Positions 7,716 to 15,562 of a stretch of DNA of 33,826 nucleotides are shown piece after piece. The notes beneath the pieces are model-generated. The model searched no databases. It had not been told where the DNA came from and saw only the letters and a list, made by a program, of their open reading frames with translations. Source of the DNA: Thermoplasmata archaeon. GTDB lineage: Archaea > Thermoplasmatota > Thermoplasmata > Lutacidiplasmatales > UBA184. The stretch lies in the NCBI GenBank assembly GCA_030046135.1, contig JASIEC010000029.1, forward strand, positions 1-33,826, in the 5' to 3' direction. Numbering within the stretch: the first letter of the stretch is position 1; every line of letters starts with the position of its first letter. The position numbers and the translations under genes were made by a program.

Positions 7716-9524
7716 GTGGAGATCGCGGTTCTCGTCAAGGTCGTGCCGAACGCCGACTCGGTTCGCTACGACCGGCAGCGAAGGACCGTCGTGCGCGACG
7801 ACGCCGAGCTGTTCGTCAACCCGTTCGACCTCCGCGCGGTGGCGGTCGCCCTCCGGCTCCGTCGACCGGGCGAGACCGTGACGGTCCTGTCGCTAGGACC
7901 GCCTCAGGCCCGCCCCGTCCTTGCCTCGATGAAGGCGTCCGGGGTCGATCGCGTCCAGCTCGTCTCCGACCCCGGCCTCGCCGGCTCCGACGTTCTGGCG
8001 AGCGCCCGGGCGCTCGCGGCGGCCTTACGACGTCTTCGGGCCGGTCTCGTGCTCGCCGGCGCGCGGACGACCGACAGCGAGACCGCCCAAGTCCCTCCCG
8101 CGGTCGCCTCCCTCCTCGGCGTTCCGGTGGTGACGGAGGCCCGGTCGGTGGATCGGACCGGGGAGGAGCGGCTCGAAGCGACGGTCGACACGCCGACCGG
8201 ATGGGCGAAGGTCGGGGTCGGCCTGCCCGCGGTCGTCAGCGTGGGAGAAAAGATCTCGAAACCGGTCCGACCGGACCCCGAGGCGGGTCCGGGATCGGCC
8301 GACTCGTCGGTCGAGCTCGCGGATCTCGTCGGTCTGGGGATCGATCCGGGCTCCGTCGGAGCTCCCGGTTCCCCGACGGTCGTCGTCCGGGTCGAGGAGG
8401 CGGCCCCGACCCGGACCCCGATCCTGTTCGCCGAGGGATCGGTGGGGGATCGTGTCGAGGGGGCGGTGCGGGCCCTCTCGCTCCGCCTCGGCGGCTCGAG
8501 GAGCGAGGCGGGGCCGATCCCTCCGGCGCCCGCCGTCCTCCGGGACGACGAGGAGGTCGCCGTGCTCGTCTCGGAGCGCCACGGCCGGCTCGATCCGGAA
8601 TCCCTCCCCGTCCTCGGTCAGATCCGTCGGCTCGCGCCCCTCTGGCCCTCCGCTGTGTGGATCGGGGGCCCGCCGGGAGCCGAGGATTCGGCTCGGATCT
8701 CGTCGGGCGGCGCGATGAGGGGCTACCACCTCGCTACGTCGCCCGGTGCCGTGGACTCCGAGGTCGGGGCGGCGTCGCTCGCGGGGCTCCTCGACCAGCG
8801 ACCTCGGCTCGCGGCCGTCACGGTCCTCTCCGAGCCGTTCGGACGGGAGGTCGCCGGCCGGCTCACCGCCCGTCGGGGCCTCGGGCTCGTCGCCGACGCC
8901 GTGGAGCTGCGGCGATCTCCGGACGGGGAGCTGCTCTGGGAGAAGCCGTCGTTCGGGGGCCGGACGATGGCGACGATCCTCTCGCGAACGAGGCCCAGCG
9001 TCGCGACCGTACGTCCGGGGCACGCCGTCCCCGCGGTACCCGCGGCCGACGCCCCGCAACTTCGCTGGACGGAGATTTCGGGGGCCTTCGGCCCGGGGAG
9101 AGTCACCGTCTTGGCCGAGGGCGACGAGGTCGCTCGGACGGCCGAGCTCGAGCGCAAGGAGGTGCTCGTCTCGGTCGGCATGGGAGTCGGCGGACCCGAG
9201 GGACTGGCCGCCCTGCGTCCGGCCGCGGACCGCTGGGGCGCGGGCGTCGTCGCGACGCGGCGGGTCGTCGACGCAGGGTGGCTCCCTCCCCACCTCCAGG
9301 TCGGTCTGACCGGCCGGGCGATCGCCCCTCGCCTCGTCATCCTCCTCGGCGTCCGCGGGACCTCCAACCACATGATCGGCTGGAAGAGGGCGGGGGCCCT
9401 CCTCGGGGTCAATCCGGACCCCGCCGCGCCGTTGTTCCGGGACGTCGACGTCGGCATCGTCGGGACGATCGAGGAGGTCGTCCCGCTCCTCGAGGAGCCC
9501 CTCGCCCGGCTGCTACGGGGCTGA
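7716..9524 (+). CDS. Fused electron transfer flavoprotein, EtfB (N-terminal) - EtfA (C-terminal)
   Basis: The N-terminus MEIAVLVKVVPN...VNPFDLRAVAVAL...GSDVLASARALA is EtfB-like. The C-terminus VSVGMGVGGPEG...VVATRRVVDAGWLPPHLQVGLTGRAIAPRLVILLGVRGTSNHMIGW is the EtfA FAD-binding domain. GTG start is preceded by GGAGGT (7704-7709). Confidence 0.85.
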   Translation: MEIAVLVKVVPNADSVRYDRQRRTVVRDDAELFVNPFDLRAVAVALRLRRPGETVTVLSLGPPQARPVLASMKASGVDRVQLVSDPGLAGSDVLASARALAAALRRLRAGLVLAGARTTDSETAQVPPAVASLLGVPVVTEARSVDRTGEERLEATVDTPTGWAKVGVGLPAVVSVGEKISKPVRPDPEAGPGSADSSVELADLVGLGIDPGSVGAPGSPTVVVRVEEAAPTRTPILFAEGSVGDRVEGAVRALSLRLGGSRSEAGPIPPAPAVLRDDEEVAVLVSERHGRLDPESLPVLGQIRRLAPLWPSAVWIGGPPGAEDSARISSGGAMRGYHLATSPGAVDSEVGAASLAGLLDQRPRLAAVTVLSEPFGREVAGRLTARRGLGLVADAVELRRSPDGELLWEKPSFGGRTMATILSRTRPSVATVRPGHAVPAVPAADAPQLRWTEISGAFGPGRVTVLAEGDEVARTAELERKEVLVSVGMGVGGPEGLAALRPAADRWGAGVVATRRVVDAGWLPPHLQVGLTGRAIAPRLVILLGVRGTSNHMIGWKRAGALLGVNPDPAAPLFRDVDVGIVGTIEEVVPLLEEPLARLLRG

Positions 9525-9710
9525 GGCGCTCCCGCGGGCGGAGGCGAGGAGCTCGTCGAGCAGGGCTCGAGCGTCCGCGGCCGAGGGGGAGCGGAGCCGG
9601 AGCTCCACGGTCCGGCCGGCGAGGCGCATCGACGCTCCCGGCGGGATCCGCGAGCGAACGGCGTCGCGCAGGCGCCGGGCCGCCTCGGGCGAGGGGAGCT
9701 CCCCGCGCAC
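9513..9710 (-). CDS. Possible small protein (65 aa), function unknown (faint Pcc1-like pattern)
   Basis: GTG 9708-9710 lies 9 nt after the DUF1028 stop, and the frame has near-uniform G/C at third positions. Sequence: MRGELPSPEAARRLRDAVRSRIPPGASMRLAGRTVELRLRSPSAADARALLDELLASARGSASAP. No strong motif and no SD. Confidence 0.3.
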   Translation of the reverse strand: MRGELPSPEAARRLRDAVRSRIPPGASMRLAGRTVELRLRSPSAADARALLDELLASARGSASAP

Positions 9711-9718
9711 GCGGACGG

Positions 9719-10720
9719 TCAGGAGGACCGTCCGGGCGCCCCCTCGTCGCTCTCCGATCGTCCCCCTCCCCCCCGGGCCGCGCCGGGGCCCCGCTCGAGC
9801 GCGCCGGGCACGATCGGCGCCGTGCGGGTCCTCCGGTCGGTCTCGGCGGACGCGCGCTCGCGGAGGTACCCCACGATCGACGGCCAGACCGTCCCGTCGT
9901 CGCGCTGCTTGTTCTCGAAGTTGTGCTCGGCGATGAACCGGGAGAACGCGGCCTGGCTCGTGTCGTCCCACCGCCCGGTGAGCCGGCCGGTGTAGTAGCC
10001 GAGGACCGAGAGGTCGTGCTGCAGCGCCGCGGCGACGTCCCCCGCGATCGGCACGAGGGTGCGGGGGTCCTCGCGGGAGAGCATCGTGAGGTCGTAGAGC
10101 CGGAAGATCCGCTTCAGCTCCTCGATCGGGTGGGGGTGGTCGTCGACGCGCACGTCGACCCAGCGGTCGGTCGTCCCGCCGTAGCCGCCCCCCGCGCGCG
10201 CCGCGAGGAGGGCCGCCGACTGCATCCCCCGCCGGTCCCCGCCCTCCCGCTGGCCGGCGGCGAGCGCGGCGAGGAGACGGTCGAGGAGGTCCCCCGTCGA
10301 CGCCTCGTACGTCCGGGCCATCGCGCGGACGACCTCGGCCCCGAAGAGGATGTTCCCCTGGCAGGCGAACCCCTCGCCGACCTCGTGGCCCGCCCAGGCG
10401 AGGCACTTCGAGCCCGTGAACGACGCGGCCCGGCCGCGCGCATCGACGACCCCCAGCTGGCGCTCGTCCCGGCCGGGATCGGCGGCGATGAGCTTCCGGA
10501 CGACCTCCTCCGCCCCGAGGCCCGAGCGCAGCAGCCGGAGCCCTTCGGGGCCGTACGAGGCGTTCGCGAGCGCCTGGGTCGCGACCGCGCCGACCTCGGC
10601 TTCCGCGAACGGGACGACCGAGCCGACCGCGAGGAACTTCGACTGGACCGCGACGCCCCACGCCGGGATCGCGGGGTCGTGGGCGACGATCGAGAACGTT
10701 CCGAACCGGGGGAGCGCCAT
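9719..10720 (-). CDS. DUF1028 (Ntn-hydrolase fold) protein with C-terminal peptidoglycan-binding-type (PG_binding_1) domain
   Basis: TFSIVAHDP...GVAVQSKFLAVGSVVPFAEAEVGAVATQA...QGNIL...GGDRRGMQSAALL...VDVRVDDHPHPIEELKR are DUF1028 hallmarks. The tail ...ALQHDLSVLGYYTGRLTGRWDDTSQAAFSRFIAEHNF fits PG_binding_1. ATG at 10718-10720 lies within the 945-aa track ORF. Confidence 0.85.
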   Translation of the reverse strand: MALPRFGTFSIVAHDPAIPAWGVAVQSKFLAVGSVVPFAEAEVGAVATQALANASYGPEGLRLLRSGLGAEEVVRKLIAADPGRDERQLGVVDARGRAASFTGSKCLAWAGHEVGEGFACQGNILFGAEVVRAMARTYEASTGDLLDRLLAALAAGQREGGDRRGMQSAALLAARAGGGYGGTTDRWVDVRVDDHPHPIEELKRIFRLYDLTMLSREDPRTLVPIAGDVAAALQHDLSVLGYYTGRLTGRWDDTSQAAFSRFIAEHNFENKQRDDGTVWPSIVGYLRERASAETDRRTRTAPIVPGALERGPGAARGGGGRSESDEGAPGRSS

Positions 10721-10744
10721 CGTCCCGGGCACCCCGGGCGGCTC

Positions 10745-10750
10745 GTTAAG
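10745..10750 (-). promoter_or_regulatory. TATA-like box (CTTAAC on minus strand) upstream of the DUF1028 gene
   Basis: Isolated A/T hexamer 24 nt upstream of the ATG at 10720. Confidence 0.45.
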
Positions 10751-10776
10751 CTGACGGAGGGAGCGGGCGGCGCCCC

Positions 10777-11415
10777 TCAGGCCTCGCCGGTCTCCTCGGC
10801 CGGCGCGGGCGGCGGGGCCCGGCTCGCGGCCGCCTTCGGCCGCGGGAGCTTCGGCCCGAGACGTTCCCAGACCGCGTCGATCCCGGCGGCGGCGTCGGGG
10901 AGCGGGACCCCCGCGGCGAGCGCCGCGCGGGACCGCTCGACCTCCGCCGGGAGCCCGTCCGGGTCGATCCCGTGGGCCTGAGCCCAGGCGACGCAGCCGG
11001 CCGCGAGCTCCACCTGGTCCTCGAGCGCCCGCCGGGACCGGCGCCGGTCCCGCTCGTCGGCGGGGAGGGCGTGGTCGGGGTCCCAGTGCGGCGGCACCGG
11101 CGCCGGGATCGCGACCCGGAGCCGGCGGTACGGCTCGGCGAGCGAGGGCCAGCGGGGTTCGGCGAAGCGGATGGCGAGGAGATCGAGCGCCCCGCTCGCC
11201 CCGGCGAAGTCGCCCGCGCGGAAGGCGGCCTCGGCCTTCTCGAACGGCCCGAGGAGCTCGGGGGGCGTGGAGCCCTTCCAGCTCTCCTGGAGGAGGGCGA
11301 CGTGCGACGGGACGAGACGCCGGAGGATCTTCCTCTCGGGAGGCTCGGGGGCGGGGGCCGCGGGCGGAGCCGGGGCCGCCGTCGGCTCCGGGGGTCGGTT
11401 CGGCGCGCCGGGCAT
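10777..11415 (-). CDS. Hypothetical protein (Pro/Ala-rich termini, helical core)
   Basis: ATG-initiated ORF whose third codon positions are almost entirely G/C. It begins 18 nt downstream of the GGR stop on the same strand. No recognisable motif. Confidence 0.6.
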   Translation of the reverse strand: MPGAPNRPPEPTAAPAPPAAPAPEPPERKILRRLVPSHVALLQESWKGSTPPELLGPFEKAEAAFRAGDFAGASGALDLLAIRFAEPRWPSLAEPYRRLRVAIPAPVPPHWDPDHALPADERDRRRSRRALEDQVELAAGCVAWAQAHGIDPDGLPAEVERSRAALAAGVPLPDAAAGIDAVWERLGPKLPRPKAAASRAPPPAPAEETGEA

Positions 11416-11433
11416 CGGGTCGGGGAGCGGCGG

Positions 11434-12624
11434 CTACAGGAACGCCGCGAACTCCTTCGTCACTTCCGGGTACTTCGCCTGGACCGCCCGGAGGATGTTG
11501 TGGACGTTGAGCTTCTCGAGGCGCACCCCGGCGAGGGCGTCGACGATCTTGTCGAACGTCTCGTCGCTCAGGGTGACGAGCTTCTCCTTCGCGAGCCAGT
11601 TGCGGTAGAGCTTCTCCTCGAGCCGGGCGCGCCACCCCTTCTCGTACTTCTGGAGGAACTCCTTCGAGACGTCCCCGGACGCCACGGCCTCCGCCGCGAC
11701 CTCCCCGCAGATCTTCCCCGCGAGGCAGCCGTTGGCGATGCCGCCCCCGGTGAGGGGGTCGATCATCCGGGCCGCGTCGCCGACGAGCATGATCCCGTCC
11801 GCCACCGTCTGCTTGAGCGGCGGCGAGATCGAGACGCCGCCCCCCACCATGTCGATCTTCTTCCCCTTCGCGTAGCCGGGGTGGTGGTCGATCCAGCGGT
11901 CGAGGTACGTCCGCGCGTCGGCGAGGTTCTTCACCTGGCTCACCTGGACCCCGATGCCGACGTTCGCGAGCCCCTCCCCCTTCGGGAACACCCAGACGTA
12001 TCCCCCCGGGGCGACCTTGCCCAGGTAGAAGTCGCAGTAGCGAACGTCCGAGTCGACGTTCGTCATGCGGTACTGAAGGCAGGTGTCCATGTCCCGGAGC
12101 GCGAGGTTCGTGGGGATCCCGGCCCACCGGCCGACCTGGCTCTCGAAGCCGTCCGCCGCGACGGTGATCGGGGCCCGGATCTCGGAGACCTCCCCGAACT
12201 GCTTGACCTTCGCGCCGACGACCCGGGAGCCTTCCCGGAGCAGCCCGACCGCGGCGGTCTTCAGGCGGACCTCGACGCCCGCGTTCGCCGCGTCGATCGC
12301 GAGCTGCTTGTCGAAGCCGTCGCGCTCGACGACGTAGCCGACCTCGTTGCCGGCGTGCTTCTCGTTGATCTCGAAGACCTTCTCGCTCGGCGAGTAGATC
12401 CGCGCCCCCTCGACCTCGACGTTGATCCAGCGGCCGGGGGCGATGCCGACCTCGCGGAGCCACTCCTTGCTCATCCCCTCGCCGCACCGGACGGGGCTCC
12501 CGATCTCCTGGCGCTTCTCGATCATGAGGACGTTCGCGCCCTGCTTCGCGGCCCACTTGGCCGTCATGCTGCCCGCGGGCCCGGCGCCGACGACGAGCAC
12601 GTCCGGCCGGAGGTTCGACGCCAT
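11434..12624 (-). CDS. Digeranylgeranylglycerophospholipid (geranylgeranyl) reductase
   Basis: DVLVVGAGPAGS (FAD fold), GSPVRCGEG, GYVWVFPKGEGLANVGIG, LVGDAARMIDPLTGGGIA and a C-terminal helical domain. It is collinear along its length with archaeal GGRs as I recall them (Thermoplasma/Sulfolobus type). ATG at 12622-12624. Confidence 0.95.
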   Translation of the reverse strand: MASNLRPDVLVVGAGPAGSMTAKWAAKQGANVLMIEKRQEIGSPVRCGEGMSKEWLREVGIAPGRWINVEVEGARIYSPSEKVFEINEKHAGNEVGYVVERDGFDKQLAIDAANAGVEVRLKTAAVGLLREGSRVVGAKVKQFGEVSEIRAPITVAADGFESQVGRWAGIPTNLALRDMDTCLQYRMTNVDSDVRYCDFYLGKVAPGGYVWVFPKGEGLANVGIGVQVSQVKNLADARTYLDRWIDHHPGYAKGKKIDMVGGGVSISPPLKQTVADGIMLVGDAARMIDPLTGGGIANGCLAGKICGEVAAEAVASGDVSKEFLQKYEKGWRARLEEKLYRNWLAKEKLVTLSDETFDKIVDALAGVRLEKLNVHNILRAVQAKYPEVTKEFAAFL

Positions 12625-12641
12625 CGCGTCCCGCGCGGAGC

Positions 12642-12833
12642 TCACCCGATCTCGATCGCGCCGACCGGGCAGGCCTTGACGCAGATCTCGCACCGGGTGC
12701 AAATCCCCTCGTCGAAGGTGATCCGCGTCTCGTCCAGGTAGATGCAGTTGAGCGGGCAGATCCCGACGCACGCCCCGCAGTAGATGCAGAGCTGCCCCGA
12801 CGACTCGATGTGGAGGCTCTTCTTGTTCGCCAC
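12642..12833 (-). CDS. 2x[4Fe-4S] ferredoxin
   Basis: Two cluster motifs, CIYCGACVGICP and CTRCEICVKACP, in 63 aa. GTG start is preceded by a GGAGG-like sequence (12844-12848). It sits 17 nt upstream of GGR. Confidence 0.9.
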   Translation of the reverse strand: MANKKSLHIESSGQLCIYCGACVGICPLNCIYLDETRITFDEGICTRCEICVKACPVGAIEIG

Positions 12834-12870
12834 CGTCGCCTCCCCTCCCCGACACCGGGCCGAGCGCGCT

Positions 12871-12878
12871 ATTAAAGG
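12871..12878 (-). promoter_or_regulatory. TATA-like box (CCTTTAAT on minus strand) upstream of the ferredoxin-GGR operon
   Basis: AT-rich octamer abutting the trxB stop, about 38 nt upstream of the ferredoxin GTG. This implies a short SD-containing leader. Confidence 0.4.
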
Positions 12879-13847
12879 CTAGCGAGCGAGTCGCGGCGCC
12901 TCGGCGGGCGGGGGCTCCTCCGCGAGCCATCGCTCGGCGTCGATCGCGGCCATGCACCCGTCGCCCGCGGCCGTGACCGCCTGGCGGTACCGCCGGTCGT
13001 GGACGTCGCCCGCGGCGAAGACCCCGTCGACGCTCGTCCGGGTCCCCTCCCGGACCTTGACGTACCCCTGCGGGTCGAGCTCGAGCGCCCCCCGGAACAC
13101 CTCGGTCGCGGGGACGTGGCCGATCGCGACGAAGAGGCCCCCCGCCGCGACGTCCCGGCTCTCGCCCGTCCGAGGGTTCCGGAGCCGCACCCCCTCCACC
13201 TTCTCGCGCCCCAGGACCTCGGCGACCTCGGCATCGTAGACGATCGAGATCTTCGGATGCCGCTTCGCCCGCTCCTGCATCACCGTGCTCGCCCGGAGCC
13301 GGTCGCGCCGGTGGACGATCGTGACGTGGCTCGCGAAGTTGGTGAGGAACAGCGCCTCCTCCATCGCGGTGTCCCCGCCGCCGACGACGACGAGCTCCTG
13401 GCCCTTGAAGAAGAACCCGTCGCACGTCGCGCAGGCGCTGATCCCGTGCCCCACGAGGCGCTGCTCGGACGGGAGGCCGAGCCACCGGGCGTTCGCGCCG
13501 GTCGCCACGATCACCGCGCGGGCCCGGATCGAGCCGTGCGTCCCGGTCTCGAGCCGGAACGGGCGGCGCGAGAAGTCGACGCGGTTCACGTAGTCGTCCA
13601 AGAACTCGGCCCCGAACTTCGCCGCCTGGCGCCTCAGGAGGTCGACGAGCTCGGGCCCCTGGACCCCGTCGGGGAACCCCGGGAAGTTCTCGACGTCCGT
13701 GGTGATCGTCAGCTGGCCCCCCGGGGGGATCCCCGTGATGACGAGCGGCCGGAGCTCGGCGCGGGCCGAGTAGAGGGCGGCGGTGAGGCCCGCCGGCCCG
13801 CTGCCGATCACGGCGAGCGCGACCTCGCGGGACGGGGCGTCGGGCAT
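12879..13847 (-). CDS. trxB: Thioredoxin reductase (low-Mr type)
   Basis: GSGPAG, redox-active [16 protein letters not shown] (NAD(P)H site) and GVFAAGDV motifs. 322 aa. Confidence 0.95.
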   Translation of the reverse strand: MPDAPSREVALAVIGSGPAGLTAALYSARAELRPLVITGIPPGGQLTITTDVENFPGFPDGVQGPELVDLLRRQAAKFGAEFLDDYVNRVDFSRRPFRLETGTHGSIRARAVIVATGANARWLGLPSEQRLVGHGISACATCDGFFFKGQELVVVGGGDTAMEEALFLTNFASHVTIVHRRDRLRASTVMQERAKRHPKISIVYDAEVAEVLGREKVEGVRLRNPRTGESRDVAAGGLFVAIGHVPATEVFRGALELDPQGYVKVREGTRTSVDGVFAAGDVHDRRYRQAVTAAGDGCMAAIDAERWLAEEPPPAEAPRLAR

Positions 13848-13872
13848 CGGGGGACCGAACGTCGGCTCCGGG

Positions 13873-13878
13873 TTAAAG
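13873..13878 (-). promoter_or_regulatory. TATA-like box (CTTTAA on minus strand) upstream of trxB
   Basis: A/T hexamer 25 nt upstream of the trxB ATG (13847), consistent with a leaderless transcript. Confidence 0.5.
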
Positions 13879-13916
13879 CGCCCGCCTCCCCCCGGGGCGC
13901 GGGCCGCGCGACGCGG

Positions 13917-14453
13917 CTACGGCCGGGAGGCTGGCAGCCGTAGACGCTCGTCCGCCTCCCGGGAGGCGTACCCCGAGCGGAAGAAGAGAAGGGGGGCCTC
14001 GTCGGCCCCGAGCTCGATCCGGACGACCTCGCCGACCAGGAGCCGGTGGTCGAACGCGGGCGTCGCCGAGACGAGCCGGCACTCCACGGTCCCGAGGGTC
14101 CCGTCGAGGAGCGGGGCCCCGGTGACGCCCCGGTGGACGGGGAGGCCCCGGAACTTCTCCTCCGACGGCACCGCGCGGGCGAACCGCTCGCTGAGCTCCT
14201 GCTGGCGGTGCGACAGGAGGTTCACGGCGAACGCCCGGCTCCGCTCGACGACCGGCAGGGTGTCGACATCCCGGTGGAGGCTCACGAGGAGGGACGGGGG
14301 CTCGAGCGAGACCGAGAGCATCGCGTTGACGGTGAGCCCCGCGTCCCCGTCGGGCCCGCGGGCGGTGACGACCGAGACCCCCGTCGCCCACCGGGCCATC
14401 GCCCGCCGGAACTCGCCGGCCCCGGGGGGCCGGTCGCTCGGGGCCCCGCTCAC
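13917..14453 (-). CDS. Flavin reductase-like FMN-binding domain protein
   Basis: FRRAMARWATGVSVVT...GLTVNAMLSVSLEPPSLLVSL... is typical of the flavin_reduct (PF01613-type) family. GTG 14451-14453 overlaps the permease TGA 14450-14452 (GTGA). An ATG 17 codons downstream is an alternative start. Confidence 0.8.
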   Translation of the reverse strand: MSGAPSDRPPGAGEFRRAMARWATGVSVVTARGPDGDAGLTVNAMLSVSLEPPSLLVSLHRDVDTLPVVERSRAFAVNLLSHRQQELSERFARAVPSEEKFRGLPVHRGVTGAPLLDGTLGTVECRLVSATPAFDHRLLVGEVVRIELGADEAPLLFFRSGYASREADERLRLPASRP

Positions 14454-15562
14454 TCGTCCCGCCACCGGAACAGCCGCACCGCGAGCAGGAACGTGACGAC
14501 CGACGCGACGAGCACGATCGCGAGGTCGGTGAGCGCCCGGGTCGTGTTCGAGAACAGCATCACCTGGTTCATGCCGTCGATCACGTAGTAGAGCGGGAGG
14601 AGGTGCGCGACCGTCTGGAGCCCCGGCGGGAAGCTCGAGACGGTGAAGAACGTCCCCGACAGGAACATCATCGGGAAGGTGAGGACGTTCCCGATGAGGG
14701 CCGCGGTCTCGGGGGTCTTCGAGACCGACCCGCAGAGCATCCCGAGGGAGACGAAGAAGAACGGGCCCACGACGAGGAACGGCACGAGCCCGAGGTTGAG
14801 CTTGACGTGCGCCGAGAAGACCCCGGCCCCGAAGCCGATGACGATCGCCGCCGAGACGAACGTGAGGAGGACGTACCAGACGATCCGGGCCGAGAGCCAC
14901 TCGCCGCGGGTGAGCGGAGTGAGCGACAGCTCCCGGAAGATCCCCTCCTTCCGGTACGTCGAGGAGATGTCGACGAGCGAGAACATCGGGCTCGTCAGGA
15001 TCGAGAAGCCGATCAGCCCCGGGATGAGGTAGTCGATCGTCGAGTACGACGGGCTCCCCACCTGCGAGGTCAGGACCCCCACGACCGGGGTACAGGTCCC
15101 GCCGTGGCAGGCGGCCTCGAGATTGAACTGGCTCACGACCCCGTTCACCGCCCCGAGGACCTCGCCGCTGGAGGCGGCGTCCTGAGGGTCCGTGTAGACC
15201 GTGACGTTCACCGGATGCCCGGCCGAGTAGTTCGCCCCGAACCCGTCCGGGATGACGAGGCCGACCGGGTCGTCGTGGTCGCCGAGCCAGGCGCCGAACG
15301 ACGCCGCGGAGACGTTGACCGTGGCGACCTTCACGACCGTCGTGTTGTTGAGCGCGGAGAGGAACGCGACGCTCGTCGGCGAGCCGTGGTCGTCGTTGAC
15401 GACGTAGAGGGTCGTCGTCCCGGTCCCGATCGTGGAGAAGATGAGGCCGAAGAGCCCGATCAGGATGATCGGGAAGATCAGGGAGAAGAACAGGGCGATC
15501 GGGTTGCGGGTGTACGTCCGGTACACGACGGCGAGGTCCGCGCCGATGCGGCGGCCGTTCAC
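14450..15562 (-). CDS. ABC-2 type transporter permease with large extracytoplasmic loop
   Basis: TM1, then a ~170-aa loop with N-x-S/T sequons (NNTT, NVS, NYS), then 5 further TMs (ABC2_membrane-type). GTG 15560-15562 overlaps the ATPase TGA 15559-15561. Confidence 0.85.
   Translation of the reverse strand: MNGRRIGADLAVVYRTYTRNPIALFFSLIFPIILIGLFGLIFSTIGTGTTTLYVVNDDHGSPTSVAFLSALNNTTVVKVATVNVSAASFGAWLGDHDDPVGLVIPDGFGANYSAGHPVNVTVYTDPQDAASSGEVLGAVNGVVSQFNLEAACHGGTCTPVVGVLTSQVGSPSYSTIDYLIPGLIGFSILTSPMFSLVDISSTYRKEGIFRELSLTPLTRGEWLSARIVWYVLLTFVSAAIVIGFGAGVFSAHVKLNLGLVPFLVVGPFFFVSLGMLCGSVSKTPETAALIGNVLTFPMMFLSGTFFTVSSFPPGLQTVAHLLPLYYVIDGMNQVMLFSNTTRALTDLAIVLVASVVTFLLAVRLFRWRDE

Noticed and set aside
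8025-10981. ORFs 8201..10981 (+, 926 aa), 8025..9371 (-, 448 aa) and 9513..10661 (-, 382 aa, apart from its last 65 codons)
   Set aside because: They overlap the well-supported etfBA and DUF1028 genes in other frames or on the other strand. Their composition is Arg/Gly/Pro-dominated and they carry no recognisable domains.
10721-12556. Upstream 600 codons of the 945-aa ORF 9719..12556 (-)
   Set aside because: Only the last 333 codons (from ATG 10720) match DUF1028. The upstream part overlaps the hypothetical gene and GGR in a different frame and is low-complexity.
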